Positions 39,401 through 53,623 are shown, numbered from the stretch's first letter. The stretch: 64,000 bases of DNA from Balanoglossus misakiensis (GCA_040954595.2 CM082590.2:6138001-6202000), one strand, 5' to 3'. A program made the numbers and translations. Notes: generated by a model from the letters alone, not told the origin.

Positions 39401-41629
39401 TGGAGCTACTTAACGTGTCATAGTTACTATGTACTGCTTCGAGCGGTGTATTTTTGACAGTCAGACCTGAGCGACTCCACTGAAGTCTCCGGATAATAAG
39501 CGGACACGAGCAAAAAGATTTACACATGGTCAATCCTCGACCGTGATTTACACCAAGGCCGAAACAGAGCAGCGCATCACCATCAATCACCCAACACCCA
39601 CGCAGGACAGCGATCTGAAGTATAAATCAAAATACTCGGCTGTAGGCAAAGTGACAGTTTAATTTTCATGAGGATATATTAATGAGACGCAGTTTCGCCA
39701 GTGCTGGAACTGACCGATTAATAATTATAAAACTGCGAATAAAACCACCGCCTATTCTGGCATCGCAGAAAATGTTGCCGTAAAGGGGCCGTGGTTTAAG
39801 ACGATGTATTGGTGTAATAATTTTGTGTAATTTACAACTCTGTTCCATATTCTGAATACTAGTATATATCGCAACATCATCAGCTTGGTCTAGTGCCCTC
39901 TATCACATCTCAGTAAGATAAGCCTCACGTTGGCTTCCCGCCATCTTGGGAGCTGTTTCATTTTGTCACCTACCCACCTCATCCCCATCTTGTTTGTTCC
40001 CACTTTCTCTTGCTCATTTCTATGTCGTTTTTGTTTTTATCTCTGCCTGTTTCCTTCAGCTTGCTAATGCTTTTCTGGTTTCTTGTCTATGATATTTGGT
40101 GTACTGCTTTACTGTTGACAGTTTATTGTTCAATAAATCAGTGCCTTAACTGCCAAACCCATCTTTGTGTTTGTTGTTGTAAATCCATGGCAAATAGCCG
40201 TTTGAATTCTAGCTCATGATAATCCTGACTTTATCATGATCTGGTTGAGAAGTGTTTCTTTATGCTGCTTGATTGTGTGTTTGAATGGTGGAGTATTTCT
40301 CTACCAACTAAACAAACATTCAGAGCTACATATTAAATGTGTTGCGTGGCTTCAAATGCCATAAATCTAATGGGACAAACAGTATTTAATCTTTACGACC
40401 TAGAGTAAGTTGCTTCTGATTACAAGCTGAATAGGCTGTATGAAAATTAATTCAAAAACAAATCACCAGATTGGAATATCAACAAAAACAATACTTGATG
40501 TATATAGTCCAAAACATCATAGCTGGAAGGTCAAATATGTGAATTAATTTTGTAGTGGTAATGTGATGGAACGGATGTCCTCCATACTCATTTATTTAGT
40601 ACCAGTGGGAGAGCGCTGATAAGAATGAATAGTGGCTGGTCTATGTTTTAATCAATTTTAGTCAAAAGTACTAATGTGGATGAACGGTGGTGATAAATAT
40701 GACACAATTAACACTGGCACACATGGAGTCTCACTGACTCCAAATGTATTCAGATGAAGGTGTAGGCCAGATTCTGCAAGCAGTTGCCTAACAAAAACAT
40801 TTACATTCGTTGCACATGTGAGGGCGTTGTATCCGGTTGACTTGGTGTGCGCCCAGAGAGGGGACAACATGGTACAGGGATGGAAAACAAAAATTGGCCT
40901 GACCTGTCTAAAACTGTTTGTCAACGTGGGTCTGATACTGGTGTTCTTATCAGTGCGTGTGTTGTGGGTCATGTGTCAATTGCCCTTCAAACATGTCTCG
41001 CCTCATAAATTCTTGATTGATAAGCCTCTTCAGTTCCCTCTTTGTGCTGAATGTTATAGTTTATCACATGAACTGGCCCGTTTAGCTACCTGTGTGCCGT
41101 AGAACAGGTCGAATAAAAAATCAGAATTTACCCCCTGTTCTACGTCATCAATCCGAATTATTTTCGCTGATTCGGCCGTCGCTGTAACTTTCTTGTAAAA
41201 CGGAATAACAAGTGCTTGTACCCGTGGTTGTACATAATTGAAATAAAAATGACGGTTCCATGAGAATATTGCTGGGTAAAATCAATACGAGAAACGTAGA
41301 GTTTGAAAAGTCGACGCTACGATCGTGGATGTGTGCTTGCAGCTGGCGAGCCTGGTCCCGAGCGAGCCAGCAGACTTGATATTAGGCTTACGGAAGTTAC
41401 GAGAATGGTTTCGAGTCAGCTGAGCGGGACGACTCAAACTCTGTACATGTATTCTGTCCACCGGTCAATAAAATGTATATGACGTGGAAAAACGTCGCAG
41501 TTCATTTCTTAGAGAGTCGAAAACATTTGTCTGGGGTCCGAGGCTGAGATCTGTGCGAGGCTTGCTGGGGTGTTTTTCGGTGCGTAAAGGTAAACACTGG
41601 TTGCAATAAATGACGTCGAGTTGTTTCAG

Positions 41630-42203
41630 TAGACTGTCGACAGTCCCTCGCGCCTAATGTGTATCGATTCGGCGTTTCGTGCGAGGGCCGTAGGCCCGAT
41701 TTGGCGTTTCGTGGTGGGAGGGCCATAAGGCCCGAGGGACTGTTATAGCTTGTAAGCCTTGCCTTGATATTAATTATGCATGCAGAAAATGACGTAGTAA
41801 AATTTGCATATGGGGGCGTAAATCAACGGCGAAACAACCAAAACTATCGATGACGGTTCCTCGGTAAATTCGCCGATCCTGTCCAAGAGAAAAGGTGCGA
41901 TTTCATACGCCAAAGACTTCCCACTGCCAGTTGGCGACGCAACAAAAACATCTTTGCCGTTTATGAGTTTATGACGTATATTAACTGTCAATCATTTTAC
42001 AGGGGCATTTTCCCACAGTGCCCGTGTGAGGGCGAAATAAGGTATAACAGTCCCTCGGGCCACGCCCATGCCCAAGGCCTTACGGCCATCGCACCACGAA
42101 ACGCCGAATCGGACCTTCCGCCCTCAAAAGATACGGGCCTTACGGCCCTCGCACGAAACGCCGAATCGATACACATTAGGCGCGAGGGACTGTCGACAGT
42201 CTA
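41630..42203 (-). mobile_element. Internally deleted AcademH-like DNA transposon with a RecQ helicase fragment
   Basis: ~70-bp near-perfect TIRs TAGACTGTCGACAGTCCCTCGCGCC...; 8-9-bp TSD (t/g)GTTTCAG(T); empty site at ~42940; ORF 41770-41991 (-) encodes GKDVFVASPTGSGKSLAY...VVSPL (RecQ motifs I and Ia). Confidence 0.75.
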
Positions 42204-43389
42204 GGTTTCAGTTGAATTCCATTTATGGGAGGCAGGTGTGGAAAGCAATAAACCTTGCAAAGCGGCGTTGTTATCAAAGTTGTTTGCTCTGTCATTCAGC
42301 GAGTTTTCTGACCGTGTATGCAGGTCGGTGTCCAGTGGCGTTGACGGCGTGTCATTCAGAATTCTATGTTGAGTGTATTCAGTTCAAGACTAAAGTCAGC
42401 TAATGTTACAATTATGAGTTTGTTTGTGGAAGTTGGAAATGATGCCACATATATTCTTGAATTTATTCGAGATTTTAAAAAGAAGATGTAGTGCTCGAAA
42501 GGGGCCATTGTTGCGACAATATTTTGCCAAACAGCTGTATGACCTGTAGCTCACGATAATTCTTGACTTTATGTTTATCTTGTTGAAAAATGTTTGTATG
42601 TTTCTTGATTGTGGTGGAGTGTTTTTCTGCCGACTAAACAAACACCCTGTGCTATATATTAAGTGTGTTGAGTGGTTTCCGCCAAAGTCTATACGCATAA
42701 AGCCAATAGTTTAAACAGTATTTAATCGTAAAGAGATGCCCCCCTTACGCTAATACATTCCAACACATATATGCACAAAAGAATGGACAATTTGCATTAC
42801 AAAATAGCTGGTAAAATTCATACTTGCATTTTATAGACAAGAAAAAAACTTTAGACTTAAACTTTATGTGCTGATAGTTTACAGCAAGGGTATTTTGTGT
42901 GTGTAAAGGTAAACACTAGTTGCAATAAATGACGTCGAGTGGTTTCAGGTGAATTCCATTTGTGCAAGGCAGTGGAGGACAGCAATAAACCATGCAAAGT
43001 GACGCTGTTATCAATGCGGTTCCTTTAAAGTTGTCTGCTCTGTCATACAGCGACTATTCTGACCGTGTATGCAGGTCGACGTTCAGTGGCTTTGACGGCG
43101 TGTCATTCAGAACTCGGCGGTAAGTGTAATAAGACTAAAGTTAGCTAATTAGCCAATTATTAGTTTGCATGTAGGAATTAATGTTTTGAAATGATGCAAC
43201 GAGTCTTGAATTCAATTGACATTATAAAAAGATGATGTTGGCTGGCAAAAGTAAATTCTCAGTTAATATCCTGAACATCTAAAACAGTATTGCAATGAAT
43301 GATCATTGTAATTTGTGGACGTATTTGCTTCACATTGCAGTTCACATTGCATTGCGACACTTTGTGTTTACTTTGCAAAGTGGTTAGAC

Positions 43390-46300
43390 GTACGTATTTT
43401 TGGAAGCAAAGCGGACAAAATACGGCTAGATACTAGATACTTGACTATTCTGACACGCGATTCTGTAGACAGTACAGTGTGTCCTCGATGCAATCTACTG
43501 TGTACTCACACTCATGAATCTACTTAAAGTGTCAGGATTTACCGTTGTACTGGTTAGAACACAGTCATCACTGCTCGACTGAGCTTGCCAAGAAAACGGA
43601 GTAGCACAAAACCCCAAAACAATCATGCAACATTCACGTAAGACAGCGATCTGCAGTCAAAATAGAATAGTACTGGACAAGTAACGGGTTAATTTATATG
43701 TGAACACATTTGTGAGACGTACATTCTGATTGGCTCCGTTTCGTCAACTCTGTAACTGGCTGAAGAATGATTGATTAATTCTAAATATTAGAAATAAAAC
43801 ATGGTCTCTTCTGGCAACGCAGAAACTGTACAATGGGGGGGGGGATAGTTCACGTCAATGTGTTGAATGCAAAACAGCTGCATGAATTCTAGCTCATGAT
43901 AATCCTGACGTTATCGCGACCTGGTTGAGAAGTGTTTCTATCCTGCTTGATTGTGTGCTTGAATGGCGGAGTATTTCTCTACCAACTAAAACATTCTGTG
44001 CTATAAAATGTGTTGAGTGGTTTCGGTATGCCATAAAGCCAAATCAATAAACAGTATATATGTATTTAATCTTTAAGGCCCAAATTAAATTTAATCTGAT
44101 TACAAGCTGAATAGATTGTTTGTATGACAATTAATTTCAAAACGGATTCCACGGATCGGAATATCCACAACAACAATTCTTGATGTACGTATAGTCCCAA
44201 ACATCATAGCTGAAAGGTCTAATTTATGAATACATTTTATAGTGGCCAGGTCACAAACATCCCCCATACTCCTTTACTTCGTACCACTGAGAGAGCGCTG
44301 ATAACAGCAATAAAATCAATATTGGCTGACAATTTTATGAATACTGGTCTCGGTTTTAATAAATCCTAGTCGAAAAGGATTAATGGGAATGAACGGTGCT
44401 GATAAAGATGACACAATTAACACTGGTACACGTGCAATCTCACTGACTCCAAATATAATCAGATGAAGGTGTTGATGAAGGCCATTCTCCACGACAATAA
44501 TAACTGCAAGCAATTGCTTATCTACGTTCGGATGAAAATAAAAAAAATGGATTAACATGTCTAAAACTGTTTGTAAATGTAGGTCTTATAATTTATGGAT
44601 ATTATATGTAAACTTAAATTAACCTACTTCAAGTTGGCGTTTATCCGTCTCACGACCTAGTTAATGTTTAAGTTAATTTTTTTTCAATACACACGCGGTT
44701 ATCCAACGTGTGACAAAGAACAGAGAAGTCCCGGTCTCCCATGACGACATTTAATTTATAATTTTTTTGGTTACACGTATTTAACCTCTTTCGCTGATTT
44801 GTTGTAAACTAACTTTTTATGAGCAGCAGGTCCTAGCTTGAGATAAAACACCTTGAAATACATGCCTGTGTTACTTTGTAGCCATTCTGGCAGTGTGTCT
44901 ATAAACATGGAAGACCGGAGTCATGCAATGTAAATGAATGATGACCTCTGACCCGACATGAGTTCCTTCAAGGTGACGCAGGTATGGCGCCAGCCTTTCA
45001 CAATATATGTGACAGCTGGGCTGACATAGCTATATAATGTGCTGTAGACACCATTTCATCTGACTGGGCCTGGCCCAATTTTCTAAAAAAATATACCCCT
45101 TGAAATACAATATTCTACTCAATATGTCTTGATTTACTGTATACTTGTTCGAGCGTTGTCCTTTTGACAGTCAGACTTGAGCGATTCCACTGAAGTCTCC
45201 GGATAATAAGCGGACACACACGGTCGATCCTCGACTCCTCGACTGGGATTTACACAAAGGCCGAAACAGAGCAGCGAATCACCATCAATCACCAAACACT
45301 CACGGAGGACAGCGATCTGCTGTAGAAAAAAAATAATACAAATCGGCAAGGCAAAGTAACGGTTAAAATTTGCATTTCGATACATTTATGAGACGCACGT
45401 TCTGATTGGTTCCATTTCGCCAGCGATCGAATAGTCTAGGAGTTGTGATGTAACTAGCACCCCCTTGTAGTCAATCATATAAACTGAACACTGGTGATTG
45501 GGTGTTACATTATAGTGATGGTGGGGCTAATTTGAAATTTTACCCATCCTTAAGTACACATGTATGTATATCATTTGTCCAATCCTACGAAAAATAGTCT
45601 GGGATTGACTTCAGAGGGTCGCTAGTTACATCACAATTCCCAGGTTTTATTGGGCCAGTGGCATGTAGTAGCATGCATGACTCTAGACATAATTTTGAAA
45701 GCAAAATACGGACAAAATACGGCTAGATACTAAACTAGTATAATTAAAACCATGCGAAATATTTCACGGCCTCGTTTGGCAACTCAGAAACTGTTGCTCT
45801 AAAGGGGCCATGGTTGCGACAATATATTGCCAAACAGCTGTAGCTCACGATCATAATTCCTGCCGCGACCTGGTTGAAAAATGTTTGTAGCTACATGATT
45901 GTGGTGGAGTGTTTTTCTGCCGACTAAACAAACACCCTGTGCTATATATAGTGTGGAGTGGTTTCCGTCTAAGTCTACTGGCGTAAAGCTAAAATTACAA
46001 ACAGTATTTAATCTTTAAGACACAAAGCTCAACAGACAGCATGTCAATAAACTTCAAACTAAACCATCGGAATATCAAGAACAATAGTTACAGAAACCTC
46101 ATGAATGGAAGGACAAACTTATGACTTTTATAGTGTTCTTGTGTGGACAGGGATGTCATTTACTTTTCTTTACATAGTACATGAGTGAGTGTGAACGCGC
46201 TGATATGAACAACAGTTTTATCGATGTTGGTACGTAATTAGGAACAATATCCAAAGTTGAAGTTTCAATTAAAAAGTATGAATGCAGTTGAGCAGTGCTG

Positions 46301-49300
46301 ATAACAGTTACACACTGGACACTGGTACACATGGAGTCTCACTGACTCCAACATGTAATCAGATGCAGGTGAAGGCCATTCTCTGTTGATAAGAGCAATA
46401 CAATTTACCGACAGTTTTATGACAACTGGTAAATGTTTGCCAACGCGTTTCTTATACTGAGTCTTATCGGTGCGTGTGTTGTGGGTCATGTGTCAATTGC
46501 CCTTCTTAAAATCCTCAAGAGCTGCCACTTTTTGCACTATTTTCAGGATTTTACTTTCCAACTTTAGATTGGTCCATCTAAATAAGATTAAACTTATAGG
46601 TATACATAAACATCTTATCGAAGCCATATTGTGGCTTGATGTTGCAATTTGAACAACTGATATATTAAATGGGTGCCATGCCTGTTTAATCTGCCTCCAT
46701 ACAAAGAGTATACAACTATTGTGGTATGCAAGTAGTGTGCCTTGATTGGGCAAATTGTAATGGGGATATAGGGAGAAGATTTTATGTATTTTATTGTGAG
46801 AAGTAATGTGGAATTTGGCAGCTCATGGGCCTTCAAATATGTCTCACTTTACAAATTCTAGATTGATAAGCATCTTCAATTCGCCCGTTGTGTGGAATTT
46901 TATAGTTAAGGGTGGATCATTTAATTTCTTTCCACCCTGGCAGCAAACATCTTTTCCAGAGGTTTTTGTGCTGAAAGATTCTGACCGCTGATTAATAATT
47001 GCTGTATTCCGGGTTACATTGAACCATCAAAATACACAATTTACAATGTTTCCCCCACTGACCACATCAACAAGTAATGATAGCTTGAAATCTTGAAAAC
47101 TATTGATGTGTTTTAAAGGCAAAAAGTAATAAACTGGCCAGTTTAGTCCCCTGATGGGTTAGTCCAGTGACTTATGAAACAACGTGGTAGAGATTATATC
47201 GCCTATCGTTCCTCCAGGTACCCTTACTTTATATTCCGCTCTACATTTTGTATGCGACCCGTCAAACCACATATTTCTTGTATATTTTGAATTTAAGCAT
47301 GAAGAGTGAAAAAAGTGTTCCCATCCTACATTTTCAGTCAGCATTTTTGCACACCTCAAGCTAAAGTTTTCCTATGGTAAAATTATCTAAACAGCTATAT
47401 ATCAAAAAATAGCGTCAAGGACACTTGGTGCTCTCTCAGTGTGTAGTGGATGATGAGCAGCATGTTTGGAGAACAGTGGTTTGGTATATGGGTGAAAGGA
47501 ACAATTTGCAAACACCAAAGTGAAATGCTGAACTGTTTTGCTCATGTAATATTGAATGCAGCCTGATAAGGTGGGTGCTTGGCAGGGGGAAAAACCACTT
47601 GTCAAGGGCTCTAATAACTGTTTTAAATTTAGTCTTAAAAATGGCCCCGCACACACAAATGGCCTCACACAAATATATTGTCATTTACCTCTCAGATTTT
47701 GTATCTTATGTTATACTGATGGAATTCATTGTGTATTGTTATATCAAATGGTTAAAATTTGCATTTCGATACATTTATAAGACGCACGCTCTGATTGGTT
47801 CCGTTTCGCCAGTGCTTAAATTGCCCGATGAGTAATTGAACTCAGAAACTGCTGCTCTAAAGGGGCCATGTTTGCGACAATATTTTGCCAAACAGCTATA
47901 TAAAAGGTAGCTCCCGTTGAAGTCACTCACATAAACTGTACAATGGTGATTGGGTGTTAGGTTATACTGAAGGCAGCACCAATTTGAATTAAAAATGTTA
48001 CCCATCCTTAATTACACATATGTATATCCTTTGTCCAATCATTGGAAAAACAAAGTATGTGATTGACTTCAGAGATACGCTAGTTTACATCACAACTACA
48101 AGCAAGGGGTATGGGGTTTTATTGGGCCAGTGGCATGACTGAAGTTTGACGTAGTTTTGTAAGCAAAGCGGACAAAATACAGCTAGATACTAGATACTAG
48201 ACTATTCTGACGCACGATCCTGTTGACGGTGCAGTGTGTCCTCGATGCAATCTACTGTGGAACATATGTGTACTCACAGTCATGAAGCTACTTAACGTGT
48301 CAGGATTTACCGTTGTACTGGTTAGAACACAGTCATTACTGCTCGACTGAGCTTGCCAAGAAAACGGAGTAGCACAAAACCCCAAATCAATCATGCAACA
48401 TTCACGTAAGACAGCGATCTGCAGTCGAAATAGAATAGTACTGGACAAGTAACAGTTTAATTTATATGTGGACACATTTGTGAGACGTACGTTCTGATTG
48501 ACTCCGTTTCGTCAACTCTGTAACTGGCTGAAGAATGATTGATTAATTCTAAATATTAGAAATAAAACATGGTCTCTTCTGGCAACGCAGAAACTGTACA
48601 ATGGGGGGGGGGAGGGGATAGTTTACGTCAATGTGTTGAATGCAAAACAGCTGTATGAATTCTAGCTCATGATAATCCTGACTTTATCGCGATCTGGTTG
48701 GGAAGTGTTTCTATCCTGCTTGATTGTGTGTTTGAATGGCGGAGTATTTCTCTACCAACTAAAACATTCTGTGCTATAAAATGTGTTGAGTGGTTTCGGT
48801 ATGCCATAAAGCCAAAACAATAAACAGTATATATGTATTTAATTTTTAAGACCCAAAGTAAATTTCTTCTGATTACAAGCTGAATAGATTGTTTGTATGA
48901 CAATTAATTTCAAAACGGATTCCACGGATCGGAATATCCACAACAACAATTCTCGATGTACATATAGTCCCAAACATCATAGCTGAAAGGTCTAATTTAT
49001 GAATACATTTTATAGTGGCCAGGTCACAAACATCCCCCATACTCCTTTACTTCGTACCACTGAGAGAGCGCTGATAACAGCAATAAAATCAATATTGGCT
49101 GACAATTTTATGAATACTGGTCTCGGTTTTAATAAATCCTTGTCGAAAAGGATTAATGCGAATGAACGGTGCTGATAAAGATGATACAATTAACACTGGT
49201 ACACATGCAATCTCACTGACTCCAAATATAATCAGATGAAGGTGTCTCTACGACAATAATAACTGCAAGCAATTGCTTATCTACATTACACGTGTTAGGG

Positions 49301-52131
49301 CGTTGACTCCGATTGACTCGTTAGCGACAAGAGGGAGGACAACAGTAGTACAGGGATGGAAATCAAAAATAGGATTGACCTGTCTAAAACTGCTTGTCAA
49401 TGTGGGTCTTATAATTTATGGATATTATATGTCAACTTAAATTAACCTACTTCAAGTTGGCGTTTATCCGTCTTATGACCTAGTTAATGTTTAAGTTAAT
49501 TTTTTATCAATACACGGGCGGTTATCCAACGTGTGACAAAAAAACTGAGAAGTCCCGGTCTCCCATGACGACATTTTATTTACAATTTTTCTGGTTACAC
49601 GTATTACCTCTTTCGCTGATTTGTTGTAAACTAACTTTATATGAGCAGCAGGTCCTAGCTTGAGATAAAACACCTGTTGAAATACATGCCTGTGTTACTT
49701 TGTAGTCATTCTGACAGTGCGTCTATAAACATGGCAGACCGGAGTCATGCAATAAAAACGAATGATGACCTCTGACCCCACATGAGTTCCTTCAAGGTGA
49801 CGCAGGTATGGCGCCAGCCTTTTACAATATATGTGACAGCTGGGCTGACATAGCTATATAATGTGCTGTAGACACAATTTCGTCTGACTGGGCCTGAAAT
49901 TTAGGCCTGTTCTGGCCCAATTTTCTAAAAAAATATACCCCTTGAAATACAATATTCTACCCAATATGTCATGATTTACTGTATACTTGTTCGAGCGGTG
50001 TCCTTTTGACAGTCAGACCTTAGCGACTCCACTGAAGTCTCCGGATAATAAGCGGACACGGGCACATGCATTTACACACGGTCACTCCTCGACTGTTTTT
50101 TACACCAAGGCCGAAACAGAGCAGCGAATCACCATCAATCACCAAACACTCACGGAGGACAGCGATCTGCTGTAGAAAAAAAATAATACAAATCGGCAAG
50201 GCAAAGTAACGGTTAAAATTTGCATTTCGATACATTTATGAGACGCACGTTCTGATTGGTTCCATTTCGCCAGCGCTCGAATAGTCTAGGAGTTGTGATG
50301 TAACTAGCACCCCCTTGTAGTCAATCATATAAACTGAACACTGGTGATTGGGTGTTACATTATAGTGAAGGTGGGGCTAATTTGAAATTTTACCCATCCT
50401 TAAGTACACATGTATGTATATCATTTGTCCAATCCTACGAAAAATAGTCTGGGATTGACTTCAGAGGGACGCTAGTTACATCACAATTCCCAGGTTTTAT
50501 TGGGCCAGTGGCATGTAGAAGCATGCATGACTCTAGACATAATTTTGAAAGCAAAATACGGACAAAATACGGCTAGATACTAAACTAGTATAATTAAAAC
50601 CATGCGAAATAAATCACGGCCTCTTTTGGCAACTCAGAAATTGTTGCTCTAAAGGGGCCATGGTTGCGACAATATTTTGCCAAACAGCTGTAGCTCACGA
50701 TAATTCCTGACTTTATCGCGATCCTGTTGAAAAATGTTTGTAGGTACTTGATTGTGGTGGGAGTGTTTTTCTGCCGACTAAACAAACACCCTGTGCTATA
50801 TATTAAGTGTGGTGAGTGGTTTCCGTCAAAGTCTATACGCGTAAAGCCAATAGAACAAACAGTATTTAATCTTTACGACCCAAAGTAAACTGCTTCTGAT
50901 ACGTACCTGTACATACCAAGCTGAACAGACAGCATACCAATAAATTTCAAACTAAACCATCAGAATATCGAAAACAACAATACCTAAAGAATAGTCACAG
51001 AAACCTCATGAATGGAAGGTCAAACTTATGTTCTTGTGTGGGCAGGGATGTCATTTACACTTCTTTACTTAGTACATGAGTGAGTGTGAATGCGCTGATA
51101 TGAACAACAGTTCAATCGATGTTGGTACGTAATTAGGAACAATAGCCAAAGTTTAAGTTTTAATTTAAAAAGTATGAATGCAGTTGAGCGGTGCTGATAT
51201 CAATTACACACTGGACACTGGTACACATGGAGTCTCACTGACTCCAACATGTAATCAGATGCAAGTGCAGGCCATTCTCTGTTGATAAGAGCAATAACAT
51301 TTGCCGACAGTTTTATGACAACTGGTCAATGTTTGCCTAAAATTGTTTGCCAACGTGGGTCTTATACTGCTGTTCTTATCGGTGCGTGTGTTGTGGGTCA
51401 CGTGTCAATTGCCCTTCTTTAAATTCTCAAGAGCTGCCACTTTTTGCATTATTTTCATGATTTTACTTTCCAACTTTAGATTGGTCCATCTAAATAAGAT
51501 TAAACTTATAGGTATACATAAACATCTTATTGATGCCATATTTCGGCTGGATGTTGCAATTTGAACAATTGATATATTAAATGGTGCCATGCCTGTTTAA
51601 TCTGCCTCCATACAAATAGTACACAACTATTGTGGTATGCAAGTAGTGTGCCTTGATGGTGCAAATTGTAATGGGGATATAGGGAGAAGATCTTATGTAT
51701 TTTATTGTGAGAAATAATGTGGAATTTGGCAATTCATGTGGCGTCAAATATGTCTCACTTTACAAATTCTAGATTGATAAGCCTCTTCAATTCCCCCATT
51801 TGTCTTGAATTTTATAGTTAGGGCTGGCCCACTTAATTTCTTTTCACTCTGGCAGCAAACTTGTTTCCAGAAGTTTTTTTGCTGAAAGATTCTGACTGCT
51901 GATTAATAATTGATGTAACCTGCGTTACAGCAAACCATCAAAATACATAATTTACAATGTTTCCCCCACTGACCACATCAACAAGTGTTGATAGGTATGA
52001 GTACCGGAATTTCTAATCTTGAAAATTGTTGATGTGTTTTAAAAGGCAAAAAGTAATAAACTGGCCAGTTTAGTCTTCTGATGGGTCAGTCCAGTGACTC
52101 ATGAAACAACGTGGTAGAGATTATATCGCCT
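43390..52131. repeat. Large tandem segmental duplication: ~43390-47205 is copied at ~48150-52131, built from older sub-repeats that extend back to ~39300
   Basis: Collinear near-identity, e.g. AGCAAAGCGGACAAAATAC at ~43405 and ~48160, and GTAGAGATTATATCGCCT at ~47187 and ~52114. Confidence 0.9.
47403..47690 (-). mobile_element. Fragment of a HINE-like element (3' end on the minus strand)
   Basis: AAAAAATAGCGTCAAGGACACT is the reverse complement of the 3' stem-loop end at ~10918-10940. Confidence 0.45.
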
Positions 52132-53329
52132 TGTTCTCTCATTTAAATTTGCACCATGACCCAAAATTTTTGGTCTAAATTTAAGATTTTATTTTTCAAG
52201 GTACAAGACTACCTTAATCCTTTCAACCCCATTTCCTGCTATAGAGGTCCAATTTTACTCTAGAAGACAATGAATTTAATATAAACCATGGTGATGAAAT
52301 GATTAAAAATATCAGTTTGAGATAAATCATTAATTGCCAGCACTTGCTTCAGCTTCATTCTACCAGAGATTTTTGAGTTTATAGATTATTTTGGATGGTC
52401 ACTTGAATTATATATTAGAAAAGTTTTACTACTTGTATATCTTATGAATTCTATCTTTTATTTTAATGTACAGTACATTGAAGGTCATTGACAACTTAAA
52501 ATTGATTGTATGAGAGTGGGTTCAGTTTTCATATAATATACTCTGATTTTCAATCTCTCATGCAACAATTCCAAATTTTAAGACACAGTCGGCAAGAATG
52601 TCGTATTTGGCTATAATGCTACATATTGGAAAACTATGCCAATTTGCAAAGACGGGAAATACTAAATTTCTCAACACTAACAGGAAATCACCCACAACTG
52701 ACAAACGAAACAAAATCCTCGATTCATGTAGTCGTAGATGTGCAATGATATTCACTCACAATCACATGATTACAGACACTGCTGTAGTTGACAGCACTGT
52801 ACATCATGTATACGATATTTTATACTGCACTGGGCTGTCAACTTCGACGGGGCCTGTCGGTCAGTCACATACTGTCTGGCACGACACGCATTGACTGAAA
52901 GTCAACCAGGTCAAGGGTCCTTTGTAATATCTGAATTCATTGCCTGTCTTGTGTGTACGTCATCACAATGGAATGTAGTGATTCTCCCCCACAGTCAGTC
53001 GCACGGGGGTTGAATTGTATTAACACGGCGCTCGCCTATGACACAGAAAAGTGTCATAGGCGATCGCCGCGTAAACAAAACACTACACAACCCTCAGTCA
53101 TGCGACTGTGTTCTCCCCAGACACTTTTGGCTGCACTCCTGGCATTGTCACACCGCCAGTGGCGAACTAGTGAAGCGAGAAGAGTCTGCAAAGCGAGACT
53201 ATGTCCTGTACTGAAGCTTGTGAAGTGGGAATAGGCCACTCCATTCCACTGCTCGCACTGTCATAAAACATAAATATTCAAATTGTTGGTGCCAACCAGT
53301 TAAGTGATTTAAACAGAAATCTAGGAATT

Positions 53330-53593
53330 CTGCTGTGACGTCACCACAGTATTGAAGTGTATATGCCACACTTTTATGGCGTCATGAAGTTTGACCCAAC
53401 TCTTGTCATTATTTTAACTTGTAGTGTACTTCCTTATTTATCGGGGTTTTCCCCAACTTGTTGTCAACATCACCTGACCAGGGAGGCGACGCCGCCATTA
53501 TAGAACATTTGCGAAGCTGACTTGTTCAACTCTAAAGCGGTGGTACAGATCCAGATTCTTAAAGTATTCCAACACAATGTCAATGACGTAACC
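53330..53593 (+). promoter_or_regulatory. Proximal promoter/5'UTR of copy 2 with CRE (53336-53343) and a kappaB-like site GGGGTTTTCCCC (53443-53454)
   Basis: Motif matches seen in sequence; paralogous to 5080-5344. Confidence 0.45.
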
Positions 53594-53623
53594 ATGGCTT
53601 CTGGAGACGCTAAGAATCCACGG
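53594..53623 (+). CDS. Copy 2 exon 1 ([10 protein letters not shown])
   Basis: ACCATGG start context; CGG|GTAAGT donor; homologous to 5345-5374. Confidence 0.75.

Noticed and set aside
40723-40742. Hairpin TGGAGTC-TCACT-GACTCCA (also ~46331, ~51228) as an iron-responsive element on the minus strand
   Set aside because: It contains CAGTGA, but the stem register and bulged C do not fit an IRE, and two of the five copies have lost the stem.
41770-41991. Host RecQ helicase gene
   Set aside because: Only motifs I/Ia are present, enclosed by TIRs and a TSD, so it is a transposon remnant.
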